A stretch of 64,000 bases of DNA. Origin: an uncultured Actinomycetota bacterium (GTDB lineage Bacteria > Actinomycetota > Aquicultoria > JACQXZ01 > CAYGBL01). Every line of letters starts with the position of its first letter. Within the stretch, counting starts at the first letter, position 1. Under the pieces are notes generated by a model. The model was given only the letters and a program-made list of their open reading frames with translations, did no database searches and was not told the origin of the DNA. Below, one piece after another: positions 29,383 to 38,668 of the stretch. Both the position numbers and the translations under genes were made by a program. The stretch is from NCBI GenBank assembly GCA_964348135.1, contig CAYGBL010000002.1, positions 41,048 to 105,047 of the forward strand. The letters are read 5' to 3'.

Positions 29383-30787
29383 CTCAGTAGGTAAAGATGC
29401 TAAAGGTAACCACTTCATCCATTTTCCCAGTCGCTGGACTGCCTGTGTAGGTAGGATTAAAGATTTTACCTATTATCCCTACGAGTTGGCTTACCTTTCT
29501 TCCCTTCTGAAGAAACGAACCAACCTGAAAGTGAAAATGGTAGATGGGAATCTTCTTCAGCTTAATGCTGAAGAATATTTTGATCTTCTGCTCAAAGAAG
29601 AACCGGATTGGCTGATTATGGAAACTTCAACGGCTGTCTACTCCGAGGATTTAAAACTTGCTTCCGCCATAAAAAGGCATTTGGGAACAAAGATCATCTT
29701 TACCGGTCAGCATCCCACTGCCTTCCCCCAAGAAGTCTTAGCCGACGGTGTGGATTTCGTATGCAGAGGAGAGTATGAGTTAACCGTACTTGCTCTTCTA
29801 CAAGGGAAAGATCCCAGAATTATAAAGGGTCTATATCCCAACCCGTCTGGAAATCTAGTAGATCTCAATCAATTACCTCTACCAGAGGACAAGGATATTT
29901 CACGCTTAAATTATGCTGGTATCAGTGGATGCGATTATAAAGAAATTGAGCTTTTTGCTTCTCGGGGCTGCCCTCTCTCCTGTATATTTTGCGTCTGCGG
30001 AAATCTATATTACAATCGGCCAAACTGGCGTCCCAGAAACATCAATGAAATTATCTCCGAAATCAATTATTTAAAAGAGCGATACCCGGAAATGGAAGGA
30101 ATATTTTTTGATGAGGAACAACACAATGGAAACAAACAGTTTGTTCATGTTCTCTCTGAAGAAATAGTCAAACACAAGCTAAATAGACTGAAATTCAGCG
30201 CAATGTGTAACTATTGGAACCTTGATGCTGAAATACTAAGATCGATGAAACAAGCAGGCTATTATAAACTTCGAATTGGAATCGAAACAGCAAGCATAAA
30301 AGTAGCTGACACAATACGTAAACCAATTAACATCCAAAAACTAAAAGAAGTGCTAAGAGAAGCCAAGAAAGCTGGAATTCGTATGTATGGAACTTTCATT
30401 TTTGGAGCTCCAGGATCTAGCAGAGAAGAAGATACCAAAACTATTCGTCTCCTATACCAATTGATTACGGAGAATCTACTTTCAGATTTTCAGTCATCCA
30501 TCTGCGTACCTCAACCAGGTACACCCTTCTACCAATGGGCAGAGGAAAACGGTTATCTGACTACTAAAGATTGGCGGAAGTACGATGGTTATAGGGCAGT
30601 CGTCAGCTATCCTCACTACCCAAAAGAAGCAATCGAGGAAATCTTCCAACTAAGCTGGCGTGTATGCGCAGCTAAGAGGATCAAACGCCTACCAGAGATT
30701 CCATATCTTGTGGCCAATCGATTGAAGAGATATGGTTTCTCACAGACAGCACGGGATATATTTAGAACGCTGCGAACTCACTTTTAA
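29363..30787 (+). CDS. B12-binding-domain radical SAM protein (class B), canonical CX3CX2C
   Basis: The cluster motif SRGCPLSCIFC is canonical. An SD site (GAGCGAGGAGA) lies before the ATG at 29363. It is a paralogue of the gene at 26061-27446. Confidence 0.75.
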   Translation: MKVVVANSVGKDAKGNHFIHFPSRWTACVGRIKDFTYYPYELAYLSSLLKKRTNLKVKMVDGNLLQLNAEEYFDLLLKEEPDWLIMETSTAVYSEDLKLASAIKRHLGTKIIFTGQHPTAFPQEVLADGVDFVCRGEYELTVLALLQGKDPRIIKGLYPNPSGNLVDLNQLPLPEDKDISRLNYAGISGCDYKEIELFASRGCPLSCIFCVCGNLYYNRPNWRPRNINEIISEINYLKERYPEMEGIFFDEEQHNGNKQFVHVLSEEIVKHKLNRLKFSAMCNYWNLDAEILRSMKQAGYYKLRIGIETASIKVADTIRKPINIQKLKEVLREAKKAGIRMYGTFIFGAPGSSREEDTKTIRLLYQLITENLLSDFQSSICVPQPGTPFYQWAEENGYLTTKDWRKYDGYRAVVSYPHYPKEAIEEIFQLSWRVCAAKRIKRLPEIPYLVANRLKRYGFSQTARDIFRTLRTHF

Positions 30788-30843
30788 TTATTTTTATGCC
30801 TCTCTATAATTCAAACTGATTTAATATCAAGCAGAATGGTTTC

Positions 30844-32202
30844 TCAAGTAGACAGATAACTTTGAATAGTACGCGCGGCTTTTCTTCCAGCACCCATGGC
30901 GAGGATCACCGTAGCTGCTCCTGTAACAATATCTCCACCAGCAAAAACACCAGGCTTGCTGGTAGCTCCCGTCTCAGAATCAGCCTCAATATAACCACGG
31001 GTAGTTAGGTTTAAATCAGGTATGGTAGTTAAGAGTAAGGGATTGGCACTAGTTCCAATAGCAACAATGACTACATCAACATCTAAAACAAATTGAGAAC
31101 CTTCTATGGGTAGAGGACGAGGCCTACCTGACTTATCTGGTTCACCAAGTTTCATTTTTAAACACTCCATTCCTGCTACCCAGCCATCACTTCCCAAAAC
31201 TCTAGTTGGGAGAGTAAGAGTCCTAAAATCAATTCCCTCTTCCCTGGCATGATGGGTCTCCTCAATCCTTGCCGGCATTTCATTTTCAGTTCGTCTGTAC
31301 ACCAGATAGACCTTTTCTGCTCCTAAACGCAGTGCAGTTCTGGCAGAATCCATAGCGACATTTCCACCGCCAATCACTGCAACTTTTTTACCTCTTTTTA
31401 TAGGAGTGTCGTACTCGGGAAAGAGATAAGCCTTCATTAAATTCGCTCTAGTTAAAAACTCGTTAGCAGAATAAACACCATTAAGATTTTCACCGGAAAT
31501 ATTCATAAAGAGTGGAAGTCCTGCTCCTGTGCCTATAAACACCGCATTGTACCCATCTTTAAGTAGCTCATCTACAGTAAAAAGTTTTCCCACCACTGCG
31601 CTTGTATGTATTTCGACACCCAACTTTCTCACAAAATCAATATCTGATCCTACAATGGATTTAGGGAGACGAAATTCTGGTATTCCGTATACTAAGACCC
31701 CTCCAGCTTTGTGAAGTGCCTCAAAGATGGTCACTTCATGTCCCATCCGGGCTAAATCACCCGCAGCAGTTAACCCTGCTGGCCCAGCACCAATTATTGC
31801 AACCCGCTTTCCTGTTTTTCTTTTTTTACGAGGTATCTTTATTTTTCCTTCCATTCTCTCCAAATCAGCAACAAACCGCTCCAACCGCCCGATGGCAACT
31901 GGCTCATCTTTCTTTGATAAAATACACATTTTTTCGCATTGATCCTCCTGCGGACATACCCTTCCGCAAATTGCGGGAAGACTGTTCTTCTCCTTGATTT
32001 TCCACGCTGCCTCTAGAAATTTTTCCTCTCGTATAAGTTTTATGAAAGCAGGAATATCAATCTCCACAGGGCAACCTCCTATGCAGGGAGATTTCTTACA
32101 TTGAAGGCAGCGAAGTGATTCCTCAAGTGCCTGCTCTGGTAAATATCCTAGAGCAACCTCCTCAAAGTTTTTAATACGTTCTTCAGGTATCTGTTCAGGC
32201 AT
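30844..32202 (-). CDS. nfnB: NADPH-dependent ferredoxin:NADP oxidoreductase large subunit (GltD-like, NfnB/SudA)
   Basis: Two FeS-cysteine clusters are followed by FAD- and NAD-binding GxGxxG motifs (IIGAGPAGL, VIGGGNVAMD). By homology the start is probably at MPEQIPEE. Confidence 0.8.
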   Translation of the reverse strand: MPEQIPEERIKNFEEVALGYLPEQALEESLRCLQCKKSPCIGGCPVEIDIPAFIKLIREEKFLEAAWKIKEKNSLPAICGRVCPQEDQCEKMCILSKKDEPVAIGRLERFVADLERMEGKIKIPRKKRKTGKRVAIIGAGPAGLTAAGDLARMGHEVTIFEALHKAGGVLVYGIPEFRLPKSIVGSDIDFVRKLGVEIHTSAVVGKLFTVDELLKDGYNAVFIGTGAGLPLFMNISGENLNGVYSANEFLTRANLMKAYLFPEYDTPIKRGKKVAVIGGGNVAMDSARTALRLGAEKVYLVYRRTENEMPARIEETHHAREEGIDFRTLTLPTRVLGSDGWVAGMECLKMKLGEPDKSGRPRPLPIEGSQFVLDVDVVIVAIGTSANPLLLTTIPDLNLTTRGYIEADSETGATSKPGVFAGGDIVTGAATVILAMGAGRKAARTIQSYLST

Positions 32203-32204
32203 TC

Positions 32205-33104
32205 TTACTTTTGGCACTCTTCGCACCCCACATGTGCTTTTGCTTTCTTTCTGGAAAGCTTCCATTTTTCCAGAGCCTGTTTCTCTTCATCTAAATAGAG
32301 ACGCTGACGTGCCATCAGCTGCTCGAAATCTACATCATGGCCGTTAAAATCAGGACCGTCAACACAAACAAATCTTGTCGAACCACCTACTGACACTCGA
32401 CAGGAACCGCACATTCCCGTGCCATCTACCATTATAGGGTTTAGGCTCACTATCGTTGGTACATTAAAGGGCTTAGTAGTCATAGAAACAAATTTCATCA
32501 TAATTGCTGGACCAATGGCCATAACCAAGTCAATCTTCTGCTTACTAATAATATCTTTTAGAGGATCGGTGACTACCCCTTTATGTCCTTTAGATCCATC
32601 ATCTGTGGTAATACGAACCTCATCGGAAACACTCCTGAGTTCAGATTCGTAGATAAGCAAGCTTTCATTTCTTGCACCAATAATGGAAATAATATAATTA
32701 CCCCGTTCTTTCAAGGAGCGTACAATAGGATACATTGTTGCTGCTCCAAATCCTCCACCAACGCAAACAACTTTACCGTATTTTCTCAGTTCAGTCGGAC
32801 GGCCAAGTGGCCCAATAACATCAGCTAGCTTGCTACCCTTTCGCATACGTGCCAGTTGTCTGGTGGTTTTACCAATCTCCTGAAATATTATAGTTATTGT
32901 TCCTTCTTCATATTCAAAGTCAGCTATTGTAAGGGGGACTCTCTCTCCATTCTCATTAATTCTTACCACTACAAATTGACCAGGTTGCGCTTTATTAGCG
33001 ATATCAGGCGCCACAACCGTAATTAAATTTGCTGCAGGTGCCAGTTTTTTCTTCTCCACAATTTTGAAACTTGTTTTTCTCCTCATATCATCAACCCTTT
33101 TCAC
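32205..33104 (-). CDS. nfnA: Ferredoxin-NADP reductase small subunit (NfnA/SudB, DHOD electron-transfer-subunit-like, 2Fe-2S)
   Basis: The N-terminal FKIVEKKKLAPAANLITVVAPDIANKAQPGQFVVV is followed by a C-terminal GMCGSCRVSVGGSTRFVCVDGPDF. Confidence 0.8.
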   Translation of the reverse strand: MKRVDDMRRKTSFKIVEKKKLAPAANLITVVAPDIANKAQPGQFVVVRINENGERVPLTIADFEYEEGTITIIFQEIGKTTRQLARMRKGSKLADVIGPLGRPTELRKYGKVVCVGGGFGAATMYPIVRSLKERGNYIISIIGARNESLLIYESELRSVSDEVRITTDDGSKGHKGVVTDPLKDIISKQKIDLVMAIGPAIMMKFVSMTTKPFNVPTIVSLNPIMVDGTGMCGSCRVSVGGSTRFVCVDGPDFNGHDVDFEQLMARQRLYLDEEKQALEKWKLSRKKAKAHVGCEECQK

Positions 33105-33240
33105 ATTTCAGCCATCTCACAAAATAATAACATCACTATATAGAAACTGACAATACTAGCAGACATTCAGCTATCAGATCCAGGACACTACTATTATGTT
33201 TATCTTAAGAGATAAATAGAAAAGAAACGTGTGGGACTTA

Positions 33241-34221
33241 TTAGAAAACTAAAGAATGAGCTTCTGCCTGTTCAACTTCCCATTTTCCGCATCTCCCACC
33301 CCAGCGTGCTAATGTCGTTCCGTCTATTTCAATTTTTACTACTTCACATGTGTTGGAACAGCCCTTACACATAAAACTGGAGGTGGAGTAGTTCATCTTC
33401 GAGATGGCAAATCCTTTGAAATTAGACTGATCCCTATTTCCTGCTGTTTCTTTAGCTAGAATTGCTGCGCCAATCGCTCCCATTACATCATAATAAGAAG
33501 GAATATATATCTCTGTTTTAAGAGCTTCTTCAAAAGCCCGCTTCATACCTAAATTGGCAGCTACTCCTCCTTGAAAAACAATAGGAGAAAGAAGCTCTTT
33601 TCCTTTGGCCAGATTGTTGAGGTAGTTTCTCACCAGAGCTTCACAAAGACCGTAGATTATCTCTTCAAGTGCATACCCTATCTGTTGTTTGTGAATCATA
33701 TCAGACTCGGCAAATACTGAGCATCTTCCAGCAATCTGGGCACCGTTTTTCGCCTTCATAGCAAATTCTCCAAATTCTTCAATGGGAATTCCTAGCCTGG
33801 ATGCCTGGTGATCCAAAAATGAACCTGTACCAGCAGCACATACTGTATTCATAGCAAAATCAACTACAACCTGATCCCTGAGCAAAATTATTTTTGAATC
33901 CTGCCCTCCAATTTCAAGTATGGTTCTCACGTCAGGAACAACTCTAAGAGCGGCAATAGCATGCGCTGTAATCTCATTCTTAATAACATCCGCACCCACA
34001 ATTACTCCGCTGAGATAACGAGCGGAACCGGTAGTTCCTGCTCCTCTAATGTCTACTGAAGCAGAAAGACCGCGGGCTAGTTCCTGTAAACCACTTTTTA
34101 CTGCTTCTATAGGTTGTCCCTTGGTGCGAAGATAGACTGATGAGATAATATCTTCTTTCTCATTTATAATCACTAAATTTGTACTAACTGAACCAACATC
34201 CACACCAAGATATCCAATCAT
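33241..34221 (-). CDS. BadF/BadG/BcrA/HgdC-type ATPase (CoA-substrate-specific enzyme activase)
   Basis: The sequence starts YLGVDVGSVSTNLVII. It has the acetate/sugar-kinase ATPase fold and two conserved cysteines (CKGCSNTC) near the C-terminus. An SD site (GGGAGGAAAA) lies before the ATG at 34221. Confidence 0.75.
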   Translation of the reverse strand: MIGYLGVDVGSVSTNLVIINEKEDIISSVYLRTKGQPIEAVKSGLQELARGLSASVDIRGAGTTGSARYLSGVIVGADVIKNEITAHAIAALRVVPDVRTILEIGGQDSKIILLRDQVVVDFAMNTVCAAGTGSFLDHQASRLGIPIEEFGEFAMKAKNGAQIAGRCSVFAESDMIHKQQIGYALEEIIYGLCEALVRNYLNNLAKGKELLSPIVFQGGVAANLGMKRAFEEALKTEIYIPSYYDVMGAIGAAILAKETAGNRDQSNFKGFAISKMNYSTSSFMCKGCSNTCEVVKIEIDGTTLARWGGRCGKWEVEQAEAHSLVF

Positions 34222-34247
34222 TTTTCCTCCCATCTAAAACAAGAGTT

Positions 34248-35387
34248 TCAGCCTGATGCTGATTCTTCTCTCGACGAAAAATCTACCATTTCCTTTGTTT
34301 CTCTCTTTGCCCGCAACAAATCCAAAAAAGCTTCCAACCTGGTTATAACACCGGCCTTTCCTGTTTGTTCGTCCACTACAAAGGTTATAAATGGAAGATC
34401 GTAGTCTATGCTTAGCCTAGGCAGAATACTCTTGGCAATAGTATCCGGCATACAAGTGAAGGGAAAGATCTGAATTACTCCATCAAAGCCTTCTTGAGCA
34501 AACCGGACTGAGTTTCCAATTGTTGGTAAACCTTCCCCTCCCACAAAGTGACCTAGATATGGCCTTGCTGCTTCTTCAATTTGGTGATGGCTAAAACCTG
34601 AAACAGGATTTTCCTTTGAAAAGCTGATCCAGTCAGAAAGATATACAGCCCGTTCAAGATACACTCCTGCTCTTCCCAACCAGTCTTCCATATCAAAGTT
34701 GAAAAAGGGTTCAAGTAGCATATAAAACTCCCCTACTATACCTACCTTAAGAGGATGTCGCTTCTTGTCCTTCTCTACCGAATCAATAATTGCCATTGCT
34801 GCATCCTTAGCCTCCTCGATCTCCTCTCGTGTGTATGCCTTGTCCATAAGATTTAGGGCTTTTCTGTAGGCCTTGGTGGTACTTCCTGGTACCAGCTCAT
34901 AGGCCCGCATTTGAAGCACACTTTTCTCTACATAATCCAAGGCTCGAGCCTTGGAAAAAGATACCTTAATGATATCTATAATTTCGCGAATGGACTTTCC
35001 AGGAGCTAATCTCCGACAAGTTTTGATAAAATTAATCCAACCTGCTCTGGGTGGTTCTAGAGTAATCATTTCAAATTGGTATCCCAAGTCCCTAAGGATT
35101 CTTTTCTGAATCTCGCCATAATAACCAAAGCGACAAGGACCAACTCCGCCAGCCATAACCAGAGTATCTGCTCCTGCCTCAAGTGCTTCAATGAAATTAC
35201 CAATAGTTACTTTTAAGGGAAGGCAAGCAAACTCTGGCGCGTATTTTACCCCTAATCTTAGAGTCTTTTCAGAGGTAATTGGGGGAACTACCACTTCAAC
35301 TCCTGCTCTCTTAAAGAGATCTCTCAGGAGTATATGAAGATTCCCCATATGTGGAAAACTAATCTTCATTACATCTTCCCTTGGCAC
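34248..35387 (-). CDS. 2-hydroxyacyl-CoA dehydratase-related subunit (DUF2229, activase-associated)
   Basis: The sequence is HgdB-like and the context is a conserved three-gene cluster with the activase. The probable start is MKISF at 35369. Confidence 0.6.
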   Translation of the reverse strand: MPREDVMKISFPHMGNLHILLRDLFKRAGVEVVVPPITSEKTLRLGVKYAPEFACLPLKVTIGNFIEALEAGADTLVMAGGVGPCRFGYYGEIQKRILRDLGYQFEMITLEPPRAGWINFIKTCRRLAPGKSIREIIDIIKVSFSKARALDYVEKSVLQMRAYELVPGSTTKAYRKALNLMDKAYTREEIEEAKDAAMAIIDSVEKDKKRHPLKVGIVGEFYMLLEPFFNFDMEDWLGRAGVYLERAVYLSDWISFSKENPVSGFSHHQIEEAARPYLGHFVGGEGLPTIGNSVRFAQEGFDGVIQIFPFTCMPDTIAKSILPRLSIDYDLPFITFVVDEQTGKAGVITRLEAFLDLLRAKRETKEMVDFSSREESASG

Positions 35388-36345
35388 GCATTAACATATC
35401 AACGAAAGCCTCTAGACGGGTTATCATTCCTGCTTCTCCACTATGTTCATCAATTACTAAAGACATTAAAGGAATTTTTCCAATTCTCTTTGATTCATAT
35501 TCCAGCAGACTTTGAATTAGGGAATCAGGACCGCATGCAAAGGCAAGAACATAAACAATTCCATCTACCTGTTCTTCCTTTAACCAATGAAAAGCAGCAC
35601 CAATTATATCTTTCTCATAAGTCCAAAACAGATGTTTTGGAAGCGTTGATGCCTCTCTTAAAATAGTTTTGTGAGGAATAGAGTCAGAAGTAACAACTTT
35701 TGCACCTAGTTTCTCCAAGCGGTTCATCAAATTCATAGTAATGTATGAATCAAAGATGTTATATTCGTGACCCACTATTCCTATAGTAACCGGTTTACTC
35801 CCATTTCCTTTTTCAGAACTATAAGCTGCATCTTCTAAGGCATTAACCCTTGGCACACCGTGCTTGAGTCTATATTGAAATCTCCAGTATTCCTTAACAG
35901 CTCCTATATAGGCGATAAAAATCTGAAGCGAGCTTCTGCTGAGTGCTTTACCCAAATTAAAAATGGAGGAATAAAAATGACGTCTTCCCTTCGTAAGGTC
36001 TATTTCTGGAGCCCAAATTGGAGGTAAAGCCTTGTCCACAGCTCCAATCATATCTGGTAATCCCAATAGTTTCGGGCAGGTATACGCTTTTTCCTCAACG
36101 CTTATAACGCGTGGTATAAAAAGAACGTCTACCAGATCTTTTAAAAATAATGCATGGCCATAATATAGCTTTACTGGAAGACAGAACTCGCTTTCTGCCT
36201 TTTCTACTCCCCTGTTCAGAATATCCCTATTGGTAGGAGGAGAAACCACAACCTCTGCTCCTAATGCTTGGAAAAAAGCTCTCCACAAAGGATGATAGTT
36301 ATAGTAAATGAGGCCACGAGGGATCCCAATTTTCACAGTTGACAT
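35359..36345 (-). CDS. 2-hydroxyacyl-CoA dehydratase-related subunit (second D-component-like protein)
   Basis: It is a paralogous partner of the previous gene in the same operon. Confidence 0.6.
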   Translation of the reverse strand: MSTVKIGIPRGLIYYNYHPLWRAFFQALGAEVVVSPPTNRDILNRGVEKAESEFCLPVKLYYGHALFLKDLVDVLFIPRVISVEEKAYTCPKLLGLPDMIGAVDKALPPIWAPEIDLTKGRRHFYSSIFNLGKALSRSSLQIFIAYIGAVKEYWRFQYRLKHGVPRVNALEDAAYSSEKGNGSKPVTIGIVGHEYNIFDSYITMNLMNRLEKLGAKVVTSDSIPHKTILREASTLPKHLFWTYEKDIIGAAFHWLKEEQVDGIVYVLAFACGPDSLIQSLLEYESKRIGKIPLMSLVIDEHSGEAGMITRLEAFVDMLMRAKGRCNED

Positions 36346-36525
36346 CTACGCCTCCTATAGGCATTCGAATAGGATAAAAGATTCGCTTCTAGAAGAGAAA
36401 TTCCTGTTTCCCAACCTTAACTACCACTCTGACAGGTTTTTTAAACTCCATATATTAATAATAACTTATGGAAAAGCTGTAATTCATATATCAGGTCGTT
36501 ATGGTATCATATCCTTGATTCTGGA

Positions 36526-37566
36526 GTGATTAAAATGAGAAAAAATCTCAAGACAATAATCGGTATCAGTGTCCTGGGTCTCGTTCTCGTTCTTTTAACC
36601 TTAAAATTCCTCGATTCCTCATTAAAACCAATAACAAAAGAAAAAATTCTTCTTGACACCCTGGTAACAATCAAAGTATATGAGAAAAACCAAAAAAGGG
36701 CCAGCCAGGCTATCAATAAGGCCTTTAAAGAAATAGAGATAATCGAAAGGACTGCCAATAATTTTGATTCAAAAAGCGATCTTTCAAAGTTAAACAGAGA
36801 AGCTGGAAATGAACCAGTTAAAGTATCACCTGATCTTTTTAAAATGATAGAGGTGAGTTTAAATTATAACAGAGTTCTCGATGGTGCTTTTGACATATCT
36901 ATTTTGCCACTTGTTGATCTATGGAGTTTTGGGAAAAGAAAAGATCCTCCGCGCAAATCCGATATTCTGAGCAAGCTATCTCTCGTCGGCATTGAAAAAG
37001 TCAAGATCAATAGTCAGGATCATACTGTGTCACTTGCTCCCAATACAGGCTTAGACTTAGGAGGTATCTCCAAGGGTTACGCAGTGGATAGGGCAATAGA
37101 AATACTTAAGGGAGAGGGAATTAATTCTGCACTTGTAACCACCGGCAGCACAACTCGCACTTTGGGACAAAAACCCGGTGGACAACTATGGCAGGTAGGA
37201 ATTCAACATCCACGCACACCTGATAAATTAATAGGTATAGTTAATGTAGGACAAAAGAGCATAAGCACATCGGGTGACTATCAGCGCTTTTTTATTAAAG
37301 ACGGCCGCCGCTATCACCATATTTTGCATCCTAAAACCGGGTACCCGGTGGAAGGAATAATAAGCGTAACTGTAATTACTGACCGAAGCTGCGCTGAAGC
37401 TGATGTTCTTTCAACTGGAATTTTTGTATTAGGTTACCCGCAAGGAATGGAATTTATTGAAAAGGCGCTAGACATTGAAGGGATAATAATCACTTCTGAC
37501 GGCAGAGTTCATCTCTCACGTGGGATGCAGGGAAAGATCAAGGATATGCCAAACAAAATCTTTTAA
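36526..37566 (+). CDS. apbE: FAD:protein FMN transferase (ApbE family lipoprotein)
   Basis: An N-terminal signal peptide is followed by the ApbE motifs DLGGISKGYAVD, ISTSGDYQRFF and HHILHPKTG. Confidence 0.85.
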   Translation: MIKMRKNLKTIIGISVLGLVLVLLTLKFLDSSLKPITKEKILLDTLVTIKVYEKNQKRASQAINKAFKEIEIIERTANNFDSKSDLSKLNREAGNEPVKVSPDLFKMIEVSLNYNRVLDGAFDISILPLVDLWSFGKRKDPPRKSDILSKLSLVGIEKVKINSQDHTVSLAPNTGLDLGGISKGYAVDRAIEILKGEGINSALVTTGSTTRTLGQKPGGQLWQVGIQHPRTPDKLIGIVNVGQKSISTSGDYQRFFIKDGRRYHHILHPKTGYPVEGIISVTVITDRSCAEADVLSTGIFVLGYPQGMEFIEKALDIEGIIITSDGRVHLSRGMQGKIKDMPNKIF

Positions 37567-37593
37567 TATCTAATCTTAAGGACATCCGAATTA

Positions 37594-38442
37594 CTAATGC
37601 CCATAAGTATGATATCGAGTTCTTGCTACACTTACCCTTAGCTTACGTGCGCTTCTCGAAGGAATTTGGGTCTTGGCTAACATCAAGGACCCCTCTATAC
37701 TCTCAGTCATTATGACCATCGGTGGACTGGCTTTTGCTCCAGGATTTACTGTAATATACTCTTGCACCTGGCTTTTAAATCCGGCTGCATCATAATAGAT
37801 TGTGTAAATTCCAGGTTGAACCAGAGTAAACATAAACTCTCCAGAAGCATTAGTCGGGATTACTGTCTTGTCAATTCTCACCACCGCTCCTGCAATAGGC
37901 CTGCCGTGATAGTCCTCAATGCGGCCATATATACTCCCTGTATCAACTGAAGCGTATCCTGATTTGTAGGTTATAAATTCCTGAGTAAACATCTTGCCAT
38001 AGGGTCCTCCATCTATAACGCCCACACCAATATTAGTGTATTCTGGTCGTAGTATGTTTTCTCGATGCTTCTCGCTTTTCATTAACGCACTATGAGCTAT
38101 TTGAACAGAGGGTGCTCCAGCAAGGTTCTCTCCCGCAATAAGCCAATTACTCACATTAAACCCAAGGATCCGATTAAGCAACCCACCTGAGACAGGAGAT
38201 TCATGAGCAAAATAGTTAAGGTCTATCATCTCTCTACTGTGCCTTCTTGCCATCTTTGTCATTGTGGAATCTGGTTTTAATATTGAAAGCCCTCTTACTA
38301 CCCTTTCTCTGTTTACTAAATCAACCATTCTTTGTTCATCAGGGAATAATTCGAAGGCCCACATCTCTGAACAGGTTGTAAAAACCAAAAGAAATGCACA
38401 AACTATTACTGCGACAGTTCTTAGGATTAGAGATTTTTTCAT
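37594..38442 (-). CDS. CAP-domain (SCP/PR1/YkwD-like) secreted protein with C-terminal carboxypeptidase-regulatory-like beta domain
   Basis: A signal peptide is followed by the CAP core (VDLVNRER...YFAHESP...GENL) and a C-terminal IYTIYYDAAGF segment. Confidence 0.7.
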   Translation of the reverse strand: MKKSLILRTVAVIVCAFLLVFTTCSEMWAFELFPDEQRMVDLVNRERVVRGLSILKPDSTMTKMARRHSREMIDLNYFAHESPVSGGLLNRILGFNVSNWLIAGENLAGAPSVQIAHSALMKSEKHRENILRPEYTNIGVGVIDGGPYGKMFTQEFITYKSGYASVDTGSIYGRIEDYHGRPIAGAVVRIDKTVIPTNASGEFMFTLVQPGIYTIYYDAAGFKSQVQEYITVNPGAKASPPMVIMTESIEGSLMLAKTQIPSRSARKLRVSVARTRYHTYGH

Positions 38443-38599
38443 TTGCTTTACCCCCTGCTGCAGTTTCTACAAAATAACTATCGGCAGTGGGTTGGCAAAC
38501 TTTACTGAGAGTGTAGAATGGTTAACAATATATACAAAATATGGAAGTTTTTGGTGGTTCGCGGTTACAGCAGTTTACTAAAAAGGCCGACTAAAAAGA

Positions 38600-38633
38600 G
38601 TCCGAGGCTCACATAGTCTCAAGAGCCTCGGAC
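38600..38633 (-). terminator. Rho-independent terminator downstream of the LPXTG gene
   Basis: An 11-bp stem (GTCCGAGGCTC and GAGCCTCGGAC) with a 12-nt loop. On the minus strand it is followed by TCTTTTTAG. Confidence 0.6.
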
Positions 38634-38668
38634 CCTATTATATTCTAATATGTCTGCTATTTATAGTT

